This document shows, piece by piece, positions 36,774 to 45,150 of a DNA stretch of 64,000 nucleotides. This DNA comes from Gemmatimonadota bacterium (GTDB lineage Bacteria > Gemmatimonadota > Gemmatimonadetes > Gemmatimonadales > GWC2-71-9). Under the pieces are notes generated by a model. The model worked only from the letters and a program-made list of their open reading frames with translations, was not told the origin of the DNA and did not search any database. The translations under genes were made by a program, and so were the position numbers. The stretch is from NCBI GenBank assembly GCA_039588335.1, contig JBDGZZ010000001.1:12090-76089 (forward strand). Reading direction: 5' to 3'. Numbering within the stretch: position 1 is the stretch's first letter; every line of letters starts with the position of its first letter.

Positions 36774-37574
36774 GTGCTAGTTTTGGCCGCTACCCGCAGG
36801 CCGCTGGTCATCAGACTGCAGCGCGCCGCCGCCCACCGGTTCCAGTTCTACCAGGTGGATTCGTGGGAATCTGCTGTCGATGCCATCCTGCGCCAGCCGC
36901 TCGAGATGGCCGTGGTGGATCCTGCACTGTCCGGTGAGACCAGAGCCCAAGAAATAGAGCGTATTCGGGTTTTGTTCCCTTCTCTGCCTCTCATCATCTA
37001 TGCGACACTGTCCCCCGACCTCGCACCAGCTCTGCTGAAGCTGGGGCAAGCCGGCCTCACGCAGGTGGTGATCGCCGAGCACGACGACCATCCGAATCGT
37101 CTGAGCGATCTGCTGGCGGCCGAAACGTCGCAGGCTGTGTCTCACCAACTGATTGCTGCGATCTCCGATTTGCTGGCTGAGTGCCCCACCGAGCTGCGCT
37201 GGGCCATCGAAACCATCATTCGTGAACCGACGTCGGTGCAGTCGGTGCAGGAATTGGCCTACCGTGCTCGGATGGACCGCCGCACATGCCTCAGGTGGTT
37301 CGCGCGGGTACATCTGCCACCTCCGAGCGTCATACTGACGGTCCTACGGGCTGTGTACGCTCACAGACTGCTACAGGATCCGGGCTACACGGTTGAGGAC
37401 GTGGCCGCCAAGCTCGGCTACCAGCAGACGCGCACCTTTGCCCAGAACGTCAAGGAAGTGCTCGGCATGACGCCGGGAGAATTGCGAGTGGCTCTAAGCC
37501 CGGAAGAAGCCCTCGCGATAGTGCGGAAGAAGTACTTCGGCAAGACCGATCAAGCGCTGGCTGATGCATCATGA
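36774..37574 (+). CDS. AraC/XylS-type HTH regulator with N-terminal CheY-like domain
   Basis: C-terminal HTH (VQELAYRARMDRRTCLRWF, YTVEDVAAKLGYQQTRTFAQNVKEVLGMTPGELR). N-terminal beta-alpha pattern (LVIRL, MAVVDP, LIIYATL). GTG start directly abuts the repeat, so the start is uncertain. Confidence 0.8.
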   Translation: MLVLAATRRPLVIRLQRAAAHRFQFYQVDSWESAVDAILRQPLEMAVVDPALSGETRAQEIERIRVLFPSLPLIIYATLSPDLAPALLKLGQAGLTQVVIAEHDDHPNRLSDLLAAETSQAVSHQLIAAISDLLAECPTELRWAIETIIREPTSVQSVQELAYRARMDRRTCLRWFARVHLPPPSVILTVLRAVYAHRLLQDPGYTVEDVAAKLGYQQTRTFAQNVKEVLGMTPGELRVALSPEEALAIVRKKYFGKTDQALADAS

Positions 37575-37969
37575 AGAGCCGGTCGATTCTCGTCGTCGAC
37601 AACTATCCCAACGTTCGAAAAGTGTTGGGCGAGGCACTCCAGCGCGCTAGTTACGAGGTCCACCTGGCGGCCTCCGGAGAAGAGGCCTGTGAGATCCTGA
37701 GGCATGTTCCGATCGACGCCGTACTGATGGACCTGCGCATGCCTGCCATGTCGGGCAAGACCCTGTTTCACGTCATCATGAGTCAATGGCCCGAACTCAG
37801 GTCGAGCGTGGCGGTCATGACAGGAGACCCCGACGCGAGCGACCATGAGCCCTGGCTGAAGCTCTACGAACTCCCCGTGGTCATGAAGCCATTCACAATG
37901 ACCCACATGATCTCTTTAGTCGAAGCCATCACCGCCGACCCGCCGCGGGAGGTAAACGGGGAGGTCTGA
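37571..37969 (+). CDS. Single-domain CheY-like response regulator
   Basis: ILVVDN, LMDLRMPAMSG, VMTG, MKPF. ATGA overlap with the upstream gene. Confidence 0.9.
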   Translation: MKSRSILVVDNYPNVRKVLGEALQRASYEVHLAASGEEACEILRHVPIDAVLMDLRMPAMSGKTLFHVIMSQWPELRSSVAVMTGDPDASDHEPWLKLYELPVVMKPFTMTHMISLVEAITADPPREVNGEV

Positions 37970-38655
37970 TGACGATCGCCGGCGCCCGTGCTGACGATCC
38001 GCTGGCGACCCTGCGTGAGTATCGCCAGCTTGCGCCGTGGAATCTACGGGATCTGGCCACGGTCACCGGTGCGATCCTAGAAGCTTCCGGTGTTCGACCA
38101 ATCAACGCGGCGGCGAGTCCGCGACCGAACGAGCGTACCATTCGATACTACGTGACTCGCGGTCTGGTGACTCCACCGGACGGCCGCGGGACAGCTGCCA
38201 CCTATTCCTATCGCCATTTACTCCAGGTCCTCAGCATCAAACTGAGGCAGATGGAGGGTGTGACTCTCTCAGGCATCAGCCGCGAACTCGAAGAACTATC
38301 GGGAGACGTGCTGGAGCGACGAGTTGCAGCCTCTCTGGGATCGGGACTGCCGAGCCCGCGGCATCTCCCCCTCACCAGCCAGGATCGGCCGGCTTGGGGC
38401 CGGTCTGGAAAAGCAATGCGTGCTTGGCTAGTCGAAGACGAGGAAGATGGAGCAGACGATGGAGCGGTTGCCGGAACCAACTGGCGCCGGATTCAGATTT
38501 CTCGGGGTGTCGAACTGCATCTCAATGAGACACACCCTCTTTTGCAGATGGGAGAGCGGGAAGCCGACATAGCAGATGCGGTTCGCTTGGCGGTGGCCCG
38601 CATCCTTGGTCAGGAACCGAGAGGTAGAGGTGACGAGCAGGCAGCCTCCGACTGA
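37969..38655 (+). CDS. MerR-like HTH protein
   Basis: ERTIRYYVTRGLV...YSYRHLLQVLSIKLRQ. Acidic, low-complexity C-terminal half. TGATG coupling to the upstream gene. Confidence 0.7.
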   Translation: MTIAGARADDPLATLREYRQLAPWNLRDLATVTGAILEASGVRPINAAASPRPNERTIRYYVTRGLVTPPDGRGTAATYSYRHLLQVLSIKLRQMEGVTLSGISRELEELSGDVLERRVAASLGSGLPSPRHLPLTSQDRPAWGRSGKAMRAWLVEDEEDGADDGAVAGTNWRRIQISRGVELHLNETHPLLQMGEREADIADAVRLAVARILGQEPRGRGDEQAASD

Positions 38656-38762
38656 TTCGATCACCGACCGGAGAGTCAACACCCCGGTCAGCAACAGCTA
38701 AATTGAACACCACGCAGGGCAGCGTCGTGCCCTCTCTGACTCAATAGCGAGGTGACTTACTC

Positions 38763-39350
38763 ATGACTTGGGTTTTTCTGGGACTCTTCTTGATCGCGAT
38801 CGTTTGGGCCATCTCGGCCTATAACAAACTGATCGCCCTCAAAGGTCAGACGATAAACGCGTGGAAGCAGATCGACGTGCAGTTGAAGCGCCGTCACGAT
38901 TTGATCCCCAACCTCGTCGAAGCAGTCAAAGGAGCCATGGAGTTCGAGCGAGGGACGCTGGAAGACGTGATACAGGCTCGCAATCAGGCCGTGAAGATCC
39001 AGGCCGATGCATTGCCGACCGCGGGTGTGAAACAGCTTGCGGCCGCCGAAGCGGCGCTGAGCTCAGCACTCGGCCGTCTGAACGTGGTTGTGGAGCGATA
39101 CCCGGACCTCAAGGCTACTGGCAACGTGGCCCAGTTGCAGGAAGAACTGACGTCGACTGAAAACCGCGTATCGTTTGCGCGCCAACTCTACAACGACACG
39201 GCCACGACATACAACGTCAAGCAACAGCAGTTCCCGTGGAATATGGTAGCGAGTTTCGCCAAGGCCGAAGTCGTTGAGTTGTGGGAGATCACCGATGAAA
39301 GCGAAAGGGAGGTGCCGAAGGTCGATTTGTCCATGAAACCCAAACAGTGA
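38763..39350 (+). CDS. lemA: LemA family protein
   Basis: N-terminal TM segment. YNKLIALKGQ, WKQIDVQLKRRHDLIPNLVE, ERYPDLKA. Confidence 0.9.
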   Translation: MTWVFLGLFLIAIVWAISAYNKLIALKGQTINAWKQIDVQLKRRHDLIPNLVEAVKGAMEFERGTLEDVIQARNQAVKIQADALPTAGVKQLAAAEAALSSALGRLNVVVERYPDLKATGNVAQLQEELTSTENRVSFARQLYNDTATTYNVKQQQFPWNMVASFAKAEVVELWEITDESEREVPKVDLSMKPKQ

Positions 39351-40402
39351 GCGAAAGCAACCTATTTGAACAACAGACGGCCAACCGCCGCCGATCCGCA
39401 ATCCTGGTAACCATTTTCCTCCTCTTCTTCGCGTGGATCGGATTTGGCGGAGACGTAATCTTCTACCTTCATACCACTGAATTAGCGGCAGACGCAACAT
39501 CAAACACTCAAGACATACCCTATCGACACATCATCCCCTGGTTCGGAATCTGCGCCACACTGCTGGGGATCGGCTTGGCGTGGTACGGTTGGAAGAGGGG
39601 ACCTAAGGAAATCCTCTGGGCAACCGGGGCGTGGGAACTGGTCGAGCCGTCCCGGCAGGAGGAAAAGGTCCTCGTGAACGTGGTCGAGGAAATGGCAATC
39701 GCTTCAGGTCTTCCTCGGCCAACCATATGGGTGGTGCCCGATAAGGATCCCAATGCCTTTGCGACCGGAACGGACGAACGAGATGCACACGTCGCAGTGA
39801 CCGAAGGTTTACTCGACTCGCTCAACCGAAATGAATTACAGGGAGTCGTGGCTCACGAGATGGCACACATCAGGAATCACGACGTGAAGCTCATGACCCT
39901 GTTAGCGGCCCTGGTGGGAGTAATGGCGTTGATTGCCGATGGAACCCGGCGATTCATGTGGTACGGAGGCGGCGGCAGGCGGAGTGGTGGACGCAGCGGG
40001 GGTGGAGGCAAGAAAGGCGGTGGCCCTCTAGTCGCGATACTGCTCGTTGTCTGGGTACTCAGTGTCATCCTCGCTCCGATCGTTTCACGCCTTCTCGCAC
40101 TCGGAGTCAGTCGCAAACGGGAGTTCCTCGCCGACGCAACTGCTGCACAATTCACGCGAAATCCGAGCGACCTGGCAGCTGCGTTGCGCAAGATCGAAGA
40201 CGCGAGCGCGCCGACTAGGGCAATCAAAAGAGGCACCGCACATCTCTGCATCGCCGACCCCGTCGGCAGAAGATTGACCCACAAGCAGGGCATGGTTGCG
40301 AACTTGCTGGCGACCCATCCTCCGATGGCGCTACGCGTCGCCCGACTCAAGGCAATGGCCTACCAATACCAGAAGACCGGCGAGATTCCGGAGGACATCT
40401 GA
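39347..40402 (+). CDS. M48-family (HtpX-like) membrane zinc metalloprotease
   Basis: HEMAHIRNHD. Multiple TM segments. Gly/Arg-rich insert GGGGRRSGGRSGGGGKKGGG. GTGA overlap with lemA. Confidence 0.9.
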   Translation: MSESNLFEQQTANRRRSAILVTIFLLFFAWIGFGGDVIFYLHTTELAADATSNTQDIPYRHIIPWFGICATLLGIGLAWYGWKRGPKEILWATGAWELVEPSRQEEKVLVNVVEEMAIASGLPRPTIWVVPDKDPNAFATGTDERDAHVAVTEGLLDSLNRNELQGVVAHEMAHIRNHDVKLMTLLAALVGVMALIADGTRRFMWYGGGGRRSGGRSGGGGKKGGGPLVAILLVVWVLSVILAPIVSRLLALGVSRKREFLADATAAQFTRNPSDLAAALRKIEDASAPTRAIKRGTAHLCIADPVGRRLTHKQGMVANLLATHPPMALRVARLKAMAYQYQKTGEIPEDI

Positions 40403-40518
40403 GTTTCTCTGTCAGCGACTGGATCCTGCTCGGTATCGCAGTCGTACTGGCCAGTGCCCTAACACTCTGGACGATTCGATGGACGCGGGAGGCCATTCGG
40501 CGCCGCTGGGAACGTGCC

Positions 40519-41883
40519 GTGCTCCACGCCGTCCACAGGTTTCAGGTCCGACTCGATCGATACAAGCTGGTGAACAAACGTGTCATTCGCGAAGACTTGC
40601 TGCGTGATCGAGTCGTCGTCGAGGCAATGCAAGAACACATGAAGGTGAAGGGCGCCAGTGAAGAAGAAACCCGGCGCAGCGTTGAAGCATATGCCGACGA
40701 GATCGTCCCTTTCTTTGATGTACTCTCGTATTACAAACTCGGCTACAATGTTGCCCGTGTGTTTATCAAGCTCTTCTTCAACGTCAGCTCTGAATATCAA
40801 GATCGCAAGGCACTGGAAGCGATCCCACGGGGCGACGTCGTACTGTACGTGATGAACCACCGATCAAACGCGGACTATGTGATAGTGGCTTATGTGCTGG
40901 CACACGGTGTGAGCATCAGCTACGCAGTGGGTGAGTGGGCCCGAGTCTGGCCACTGGAGTACGTCTTCAAGTCGTTCGGGGCCTACTTCGTCCGCCGCGG
41001 TTTCCGCGAACCCCTGTATCACTCGGTCCTCGAACGGTACGTACAACTGATAACGAGAAATGGTGTGACTCAGGGAGTCTTCCTCGAAGGCGGATTGACC
41101 CGCACAGGCGGATTTCGCTCGGCGAAGCTTGGACTTCTCGATTATGTAGCGCGCACCATTCTTGAGCCTGAGTTCGATCGTGATGTTTGGCTCGTGCCTG
41201 TCGCCATCAATTACGACCGGGTTCTCGAGGATCGAACCCTCATTCATGAACTGCTCGACGCCAAAGAGCGCCCGAGCCGGCTGCGCCAGCTATCGTCGGT
41301 TCTCAACTACGTCCTCCACAACATTGCGCGACTCCTCACCGGCACATTGAAGCGTTACGGACGGGCAGCCGTGAACTTCGGGACGCCACTCTCGCTGAGA
41401 CAGTGGGACGCCAACCACCCTGGCACGTTGCAGCTTCCCAAAGACGAGCGACTTCCCCAGCTACAGCAGCTGGCGGACCGACTGATGGCGGATATATCGG
41501 ACATAATCCCAGTGACACCGGTTCCGCTGGCTTCGGCCGCACTACTCTCTTTTGGGGAGACGATGGTTCGGCGCTCCGAGCTTCTCGACCGTATCGATGA
41601 GTACCGCGATCACTTGCTGGCAACTGGGGGTAAACTGGTACGGGAAGAACGGGGGGCCAACGAGATACTCGATCGTGCCTGGAGAATGATGAAGATGAGG
41701 CGGCTCGTAGTGCGGGACGGGGACAGCTACTTCGTTTTGCCAGGTCAAAGACCCTTGTTGGAGTACTACGCCAACTCGATCGCACACCTCCTGCCTGAGC
41801 AACCCGCACAGAGGATCATGCATCCGGCTCACGAAACAGATGACTCGTTGCCGAAACTAAGAAAGGCGAAGAGGGGGCAGTGA
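40519..41883 (+). CDS. PlsB-like glycerol-3-phosphate/glycerolipid acyltransferase
   Basis: H-box VMNHRSNADY, FVRRGF, VFLEGGLTRTG. GTG 40519 is the first canonical start, but an in-frame TM-like segment lies upstream (see findings). Confidence 0.8.
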   Translation: MLHAVHRFQVRLDRYKLVNKRVIREDLLRDRVVVEAMQEHMKVKGASEEETRRSVEAYADEIVPFFDVLSYYKLGYNVARVFIKLFFNVSSEYQDRKALEAIPRGDVVLYVMNHRSNADYVIVAYVLAHGVSISYAVGEWARVWPLEYVFKSFGAYFVRRGFREPLYHSVLERYVQLITRNGVTQGVFLEGGLTRTGGFRSAKLGLLDYVARTILEPEFDRDVWLVPVAINYDRVLEDRTLIHELLDAKERPSRLRQLSSVLNYVLHNIARLLTGTLKRYGRAAVNFGTPLSLRQWDANHPGTLQLPKDERLPQLQQLADRLMADISDIIPVTPVPLASAALLSFGETMVRRSELLDRIDEYRDHLLATGGKLVREERGANEILDRAWRMMKMRRLVVRDGDSYFVLPGQRPLLEYYANSIAHLLPEQPAQRIMHPAHETDDSLPKLRKAKRGQ

Positions 41884-41937
41884 TTGACAGCCGCAGACCC
41901 GTTGCCCCTGCTGCCTCTTGTCCAATAGCTTCACTCT

Positions 41938-42945
41938 ATGCCTGCAATCGACATCCCGTCGCTCAAGACGGGTGACCGGGTCCAAGACACCTTTCTCGTA
42001 GTGGACTTGGAGACACGGTCGCTTGATACCGGCGACGTGTACACGCTCCTCCGAATCGGAAACAGCACAGGAGAGATATCCACAGAGCCGTTTTGGCCGA
42101 CGCGGCAAGGCGAGATCTCCGGCGTGCAAAAAGGCCAGGCCGTACAGATCGTCGGCGAAGTCGGGGTCTTCCGGCAGAAGCGCCAGCTAAAAGTGGTATC
42201 CATCCGCGTCCTCCCCAAGGAGGCGGTCGACGTATCCTCGCTGCTGCCAAGCATCGGGCCAGTTGACCGGTATTGGGAAACTTTGGACGGGTGGCGCCGG
42301 GCAATAGGGAAAACGCGCCTGAAGCGGGTCCTCGATCTCTTCTTTGAAGACGACGAATTCAGGCTCCAATTCGAGGGCTGCCCCGCGAGCATTCGCGGTC
42401 ATCATGCACAGTTGGGAGGGCTTCTCAAACACACAACAGAGGTGGCGGCCATTGCGCGCGCAGTTGCCCGTGCCTCAGGTGCCGACCTAGATCTTGTGCT
42501 GGCCGGCGTGTTGCTACATGACATTGGCAAGTTGGAGAGTTACCGATGGGACGGGGCGTTCGACTACACCGTGGTCGGTTCACTCCTAGGACATGTGGTA
42601 ATTGGCGCTCTGATGTTCGACCGCCGACTGGAGATGGAGGATGAGCCACCGTGCACGCAAGAGGAACGGCAGATATTACAGCACTTGATCCTGTCACATC
42701 ACGGCAAGCTCGAGTACGGCAGTCCTGTTCAGCCCATGACATTGGAGGCAGAAGTACTCCATTGGGCGGACAATGCCAGCGCGAAGACGGCGAGCATGTC
42801 TGACGTACTCGACAATGAAGACAATTTCGTTGAAGGGAAGATCTCCAAGCCGCAGTGGCAGATCGATCGCCGCCGCGTGTACCGCATGACCTGTGATTGG
42901 GGATCGCCACCCGCTGACGAGCTACCTACTGCAGAACCCGGTTGA
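41938..42945 (+). CDS. YhaM-like OB-fold + HD-domain nuclease
   Basis: N-terminal OB-fold-sized domain. HD motifs LLHDIGKLESY, ILSHHGKLEYGSP. Confidence 0.8.
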   Translation: MPAIDIPSLKTGDRVQDTFLVVDLETRSLDTGDVYTLLRIGNSTGEISTEPFWPTRQGEISGVQKGQAVQIVGEVGVFRQKRQLKVVSIRVLPKEAVDVSSLLPSIGPVDRYWETLDGWRRAIGKTRLKRVLDLFFEDDEFRLQFEGCPASIRGHHAQLGGLLKHTTEVAAIARAVARASGADLDLVLAGVLLHDIGKLESYRWDGAFDYTVVGSLLGHVVIGALMFDRRLEMEDEPPCTQEERQILQHLILSHHGKLEYGSPVQPMTLEAEVLHWADNASAKTASMSDVLDNEDNFVEGKISKPQWQIDRRRVYRMTCDWGSPPADELPTAEPG

Positions 42946-43199
42946 GTGCCTCCGCGACCCTGGCAATCTGAGCCAACGACGTGTTGACCAATTCCCGTTC
43001 AACTGTCCGAAGCCCTGGCTCATCGGCCAGCAACATGAGGGCACACCGTGCGCCCGACAGCGCATGCCAGAGATCCTGAAACAGCGCCCGTTGCTTGGCT
43101 TCATCCCGGACCGGCATCTTGAACCAAGGAGCCATGGATCTACGCTAATACCGACAGGTCGGTCTAGCGGTACATTTTGACTCGAAACGGCGCAAGAAA

Positions 43200-43613
43200 G
43201 TGACACACCGCTTCCTTCCCCACACCGCCGATCTCATAGTGGAACTCCATGCCGCGACACTGGCAGGATTGTTCGTTGAAGCCACTTCAGTCTGCCGCAT
43301 CCTGTTAGCAGGCGATTCGCCAGTGACCACTGCAGAGAAGCGGAGCATATCTCTTTCCGGCCCGACACCAGAGGAACTCATACTCCATTTCGTGCGCGAG
43401 TTGCTCACGCAGTTCCAGCTGGACACCTTCGTGCCGGCTGGCCTCGAACACCTATCGGTTTCAACCACTGGAGTTGAAGCCGTCATGTCCGGTGAGCGTT
43501 TTGACGACACGCGACACGAACCACAACCCGAAGTCAAGGCAGTAACCCGCCACCAATTACGTGTAGAAGAAACAGCGAGGGGCTGGACGGCGGTGATGGT
43601 CTTGGATCTGTGA
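43200..43613 (+). CDS. Archease
   Basis: N-terminal FLPHTADL signature, 137 aa, directly upstream of rtcB. GTG start. Confidence 0.9.
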   Translation: MTHRFLPHTADLIVELHAATLAGLFVEATSVCRILLAGDSPVTTAEKRSISLSGPTPEELILHFVRELLTQFQLDTFVPAGLEHLSVSTTGVEAVMSGERFDDTRHEPQPEVKAVTRHQLRVEETARGWTAVMVLDL

Positions 43614-43631
43614 GCCTGGAGGCACAGACCA

Positions 43632-45107
43632 GTGCCACAGACATGTATCTTTCATCTCATGGCTACGCGTTCGAACATCCAGATTGAGCGCATCGATTCC
43701 TACCGTTGGCGAGTCAAGCGTACCGGAGGTATGCGCACAGACGGACTCATTTTCGCCGACGACAAGTTGATGCACGACTTGGAAGGGGACCAGTGCGTGC
43801 AACAAGTGGTCAACGTCGCTCACCTACCAGGAATCGTGGGCCCCTCAATCGCAATGCCCGACATCCACTGGGGGTACGGGTTCCCTATAGGAGGCGTTGC
43901 CGCGTTTGACGAACACGACGGTGTGGTGTCGCCAGGTGGTGTGGGCTACGACATCAATTGCGGTGTCCGGCTCCTGACGACGCCTCTTACCATCGACGAA
44001 ATACGGCCCCGCCTGCGGGCACTCGCCGATACTCTATTCCGTCAGATTCCATCGGGCGTGGGGTCGTCGCGGTCCGATCTGAAACTGTCTCTCAAGCAGC
44101 TAAACGGGGTCCTGGATAGAGGGGCCGGGTGGGCTGTAGCCGAGGGGTACGGTACGGAGAGCGACCTCGAGTGCATTGAGGCCGGCGGCCGGCTCGAGGC
44201 CGACCCAGACTGCGTCAGCAAGCGGGCTAAGGAACGCGGCCTGAACCAAGTAGGGACCGTTGGCTCGGGCAATCATTTCGTCGAAGTGGGCTATGTCGAC
44301 GAGGTATACGATGTACGGACAGCGGCTCGCCTCGGTCTCGAGTGTGGCTCAGTAACCGTATTCATCCATTCGGGATCGCGCGGACTCGGTTATCAGGTGT
44401 GTGACGACTACCTCGATTCCATGGTCCGCGCGGCTGACAAGTACGGAATCGAGCTACCCGACAAGCAGTTGTGTTGCGCGCCGCTTTCGAGCAACGAGGC
44501 CAAATCCTACCTCGGTGCCATGAACGCCGCAGCAAACTATGCGTTCGCCAACCGTCAGTTGATGAGCCACTACACACGTCGATCACTGGAGTCCGTGTTT
44601 TCTACCGCTGTCGCAGAGAGCACCAACCTCGTGTACGACGTGGCACATAACATCGCCAAGTTCGAAACGCACCAGATTGACAACGAGTCCAGACGTGTGT
44701 GCGTTCATCGCAAGGGGGCGACTCGCGCGTTTCCACCAGGGCACCCGGAGCTCAACGAACGGTATCGGGATCTGGGGCAGCCAGTCTTGATACCGGGCGA
44801 CATGGGACGCTACTCCTTCGTGTTGACCGGCACACAGGGTGCGTATTCGGAGACGTTCGGCTCAACCTGTCATGGTGCCGGTAGACGCATGAGCCGACAT
44901 CAGGCCAAGAGAGTCGCCCGCTCGCGTAACGTCCCCAAGGAACTTGAGAAGCGGGGCATAATGATCCGAGCCGCCAGCCGTCGCACAGTGGATGAAGAGA
45001 TCCCCGAAGCGTACAAGGATGTAGCGAACGTGGTGGATGTGGTGGATGCCGCAGGCATCGGAAGGAAAGTAGCCCGGCTGCGACCGGTCGCAGTCGTCAA
45101 GGGATAA
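43632..45107 (+). CDS. rtcB: RNA 3'-phosphate ligase RtcB
   Basis: GYDINCGVR, HSGSRGLG, PGDMG, CHGAGR. GGAGG RBS 9 nt before GTG 43632. Confidence 0.95.
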   Translation: MPQTCIFHLMATRSNIQIERIDSYRWRVKRTGGMRTDGLIFADDKLMHDLEGDQCVQQVVNVAHLPGIVGPSIAMPDIHWGYGFPIGGVAAFDEHDGVVSPGGVGYDINCGVRLLTTPLTIDEIRPRLRALADTLFRQIPSGVGSSRSDLKLSLKQLNGVLDRGAGWAVAEGYGTESDLECIEAGGRLEADPDCVSKRAKERGLNQVGTVGSGNHFVEVGYVDEVYDVRTAARLGLECGSVTVFIHSGSRGLGYQVCDDYLDSMVRAADKYGIELPDKQLCCAPLSSNEAKSYLGAMNAAANYAFANRQLMSHYTRRSLESVFSTAVAESTNLVYDVAHNIAKFETHQIDNESRRVCVHRKGATRAFPPGHPELNERYRDLGQPVLIPGDMGRYSFVLTGTQGAYSETFGSTCHGAGRRMSRHQAKRVARSRNVPKELEKRGIMIRAASRRTVDEEIPEAYKDVANVVDVVDAAGIGRKVARLRPVAVVKG

Positions 45108-45111
45108 AAAA

Positions 45112-45150
45112 AGACGGCGGACTCACTCCTAATGGAGCGGTCCGCCGTCT
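45112..45150 (-). terminator. Intrinsic terminator oriented for a minus-strand transcript (hairpin also caps rtcB)
   Basis: 11-bp stem AGACGGCGGAC-17 nt-GTCCGCCGTCT. The run of 7 A on the plus strand (45106-45112) reads as a U tract only on the minus strand. The plus-strand side is followed by ACACACTGG. Confidence 0.7.

Noticed and set aside
36143-36780. Plus-strand ORFs 36143-36577 (144 aa) and 36496-36780 (94 aa) across the TPR 3' end and the intergenic region.
   Set aside because: Their composition is Arg/Pro/Ala-rich and they have no RBS. The minus-strand 53-aa ORF has an RBS, a signal peptide and a lipobox, and explains the DNA repeat as an in-frame peptide repeat.
39961-40027. Low-complexity nucleotide repeats: the GGC/GGA-rich run here, the Gly-rich run at 12950-13010 and the AAG/GCC-rich run at 50910-51080.
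   Set aside because: All lie in frame inside supported CDSs (M48 protease Gly/Arg insert, metalloprotease Gly-rich loop, H1-like Lys/Ala tail). They are not CRISPR or non-coding tandem repeats.
42926-43135. 69-aa minus-strand ORF (MAPWFKMPVRDEAKQRALFQDLWHALSGARCALMLL...) between the yhaM-like gene and archease, with a faint DHp/HisKA-like look.
   Set aside because: It has no RBS, overlaps the yhaM-like 3' end by 20 nt, and the motif resemblance is too weak. Left uncalled.
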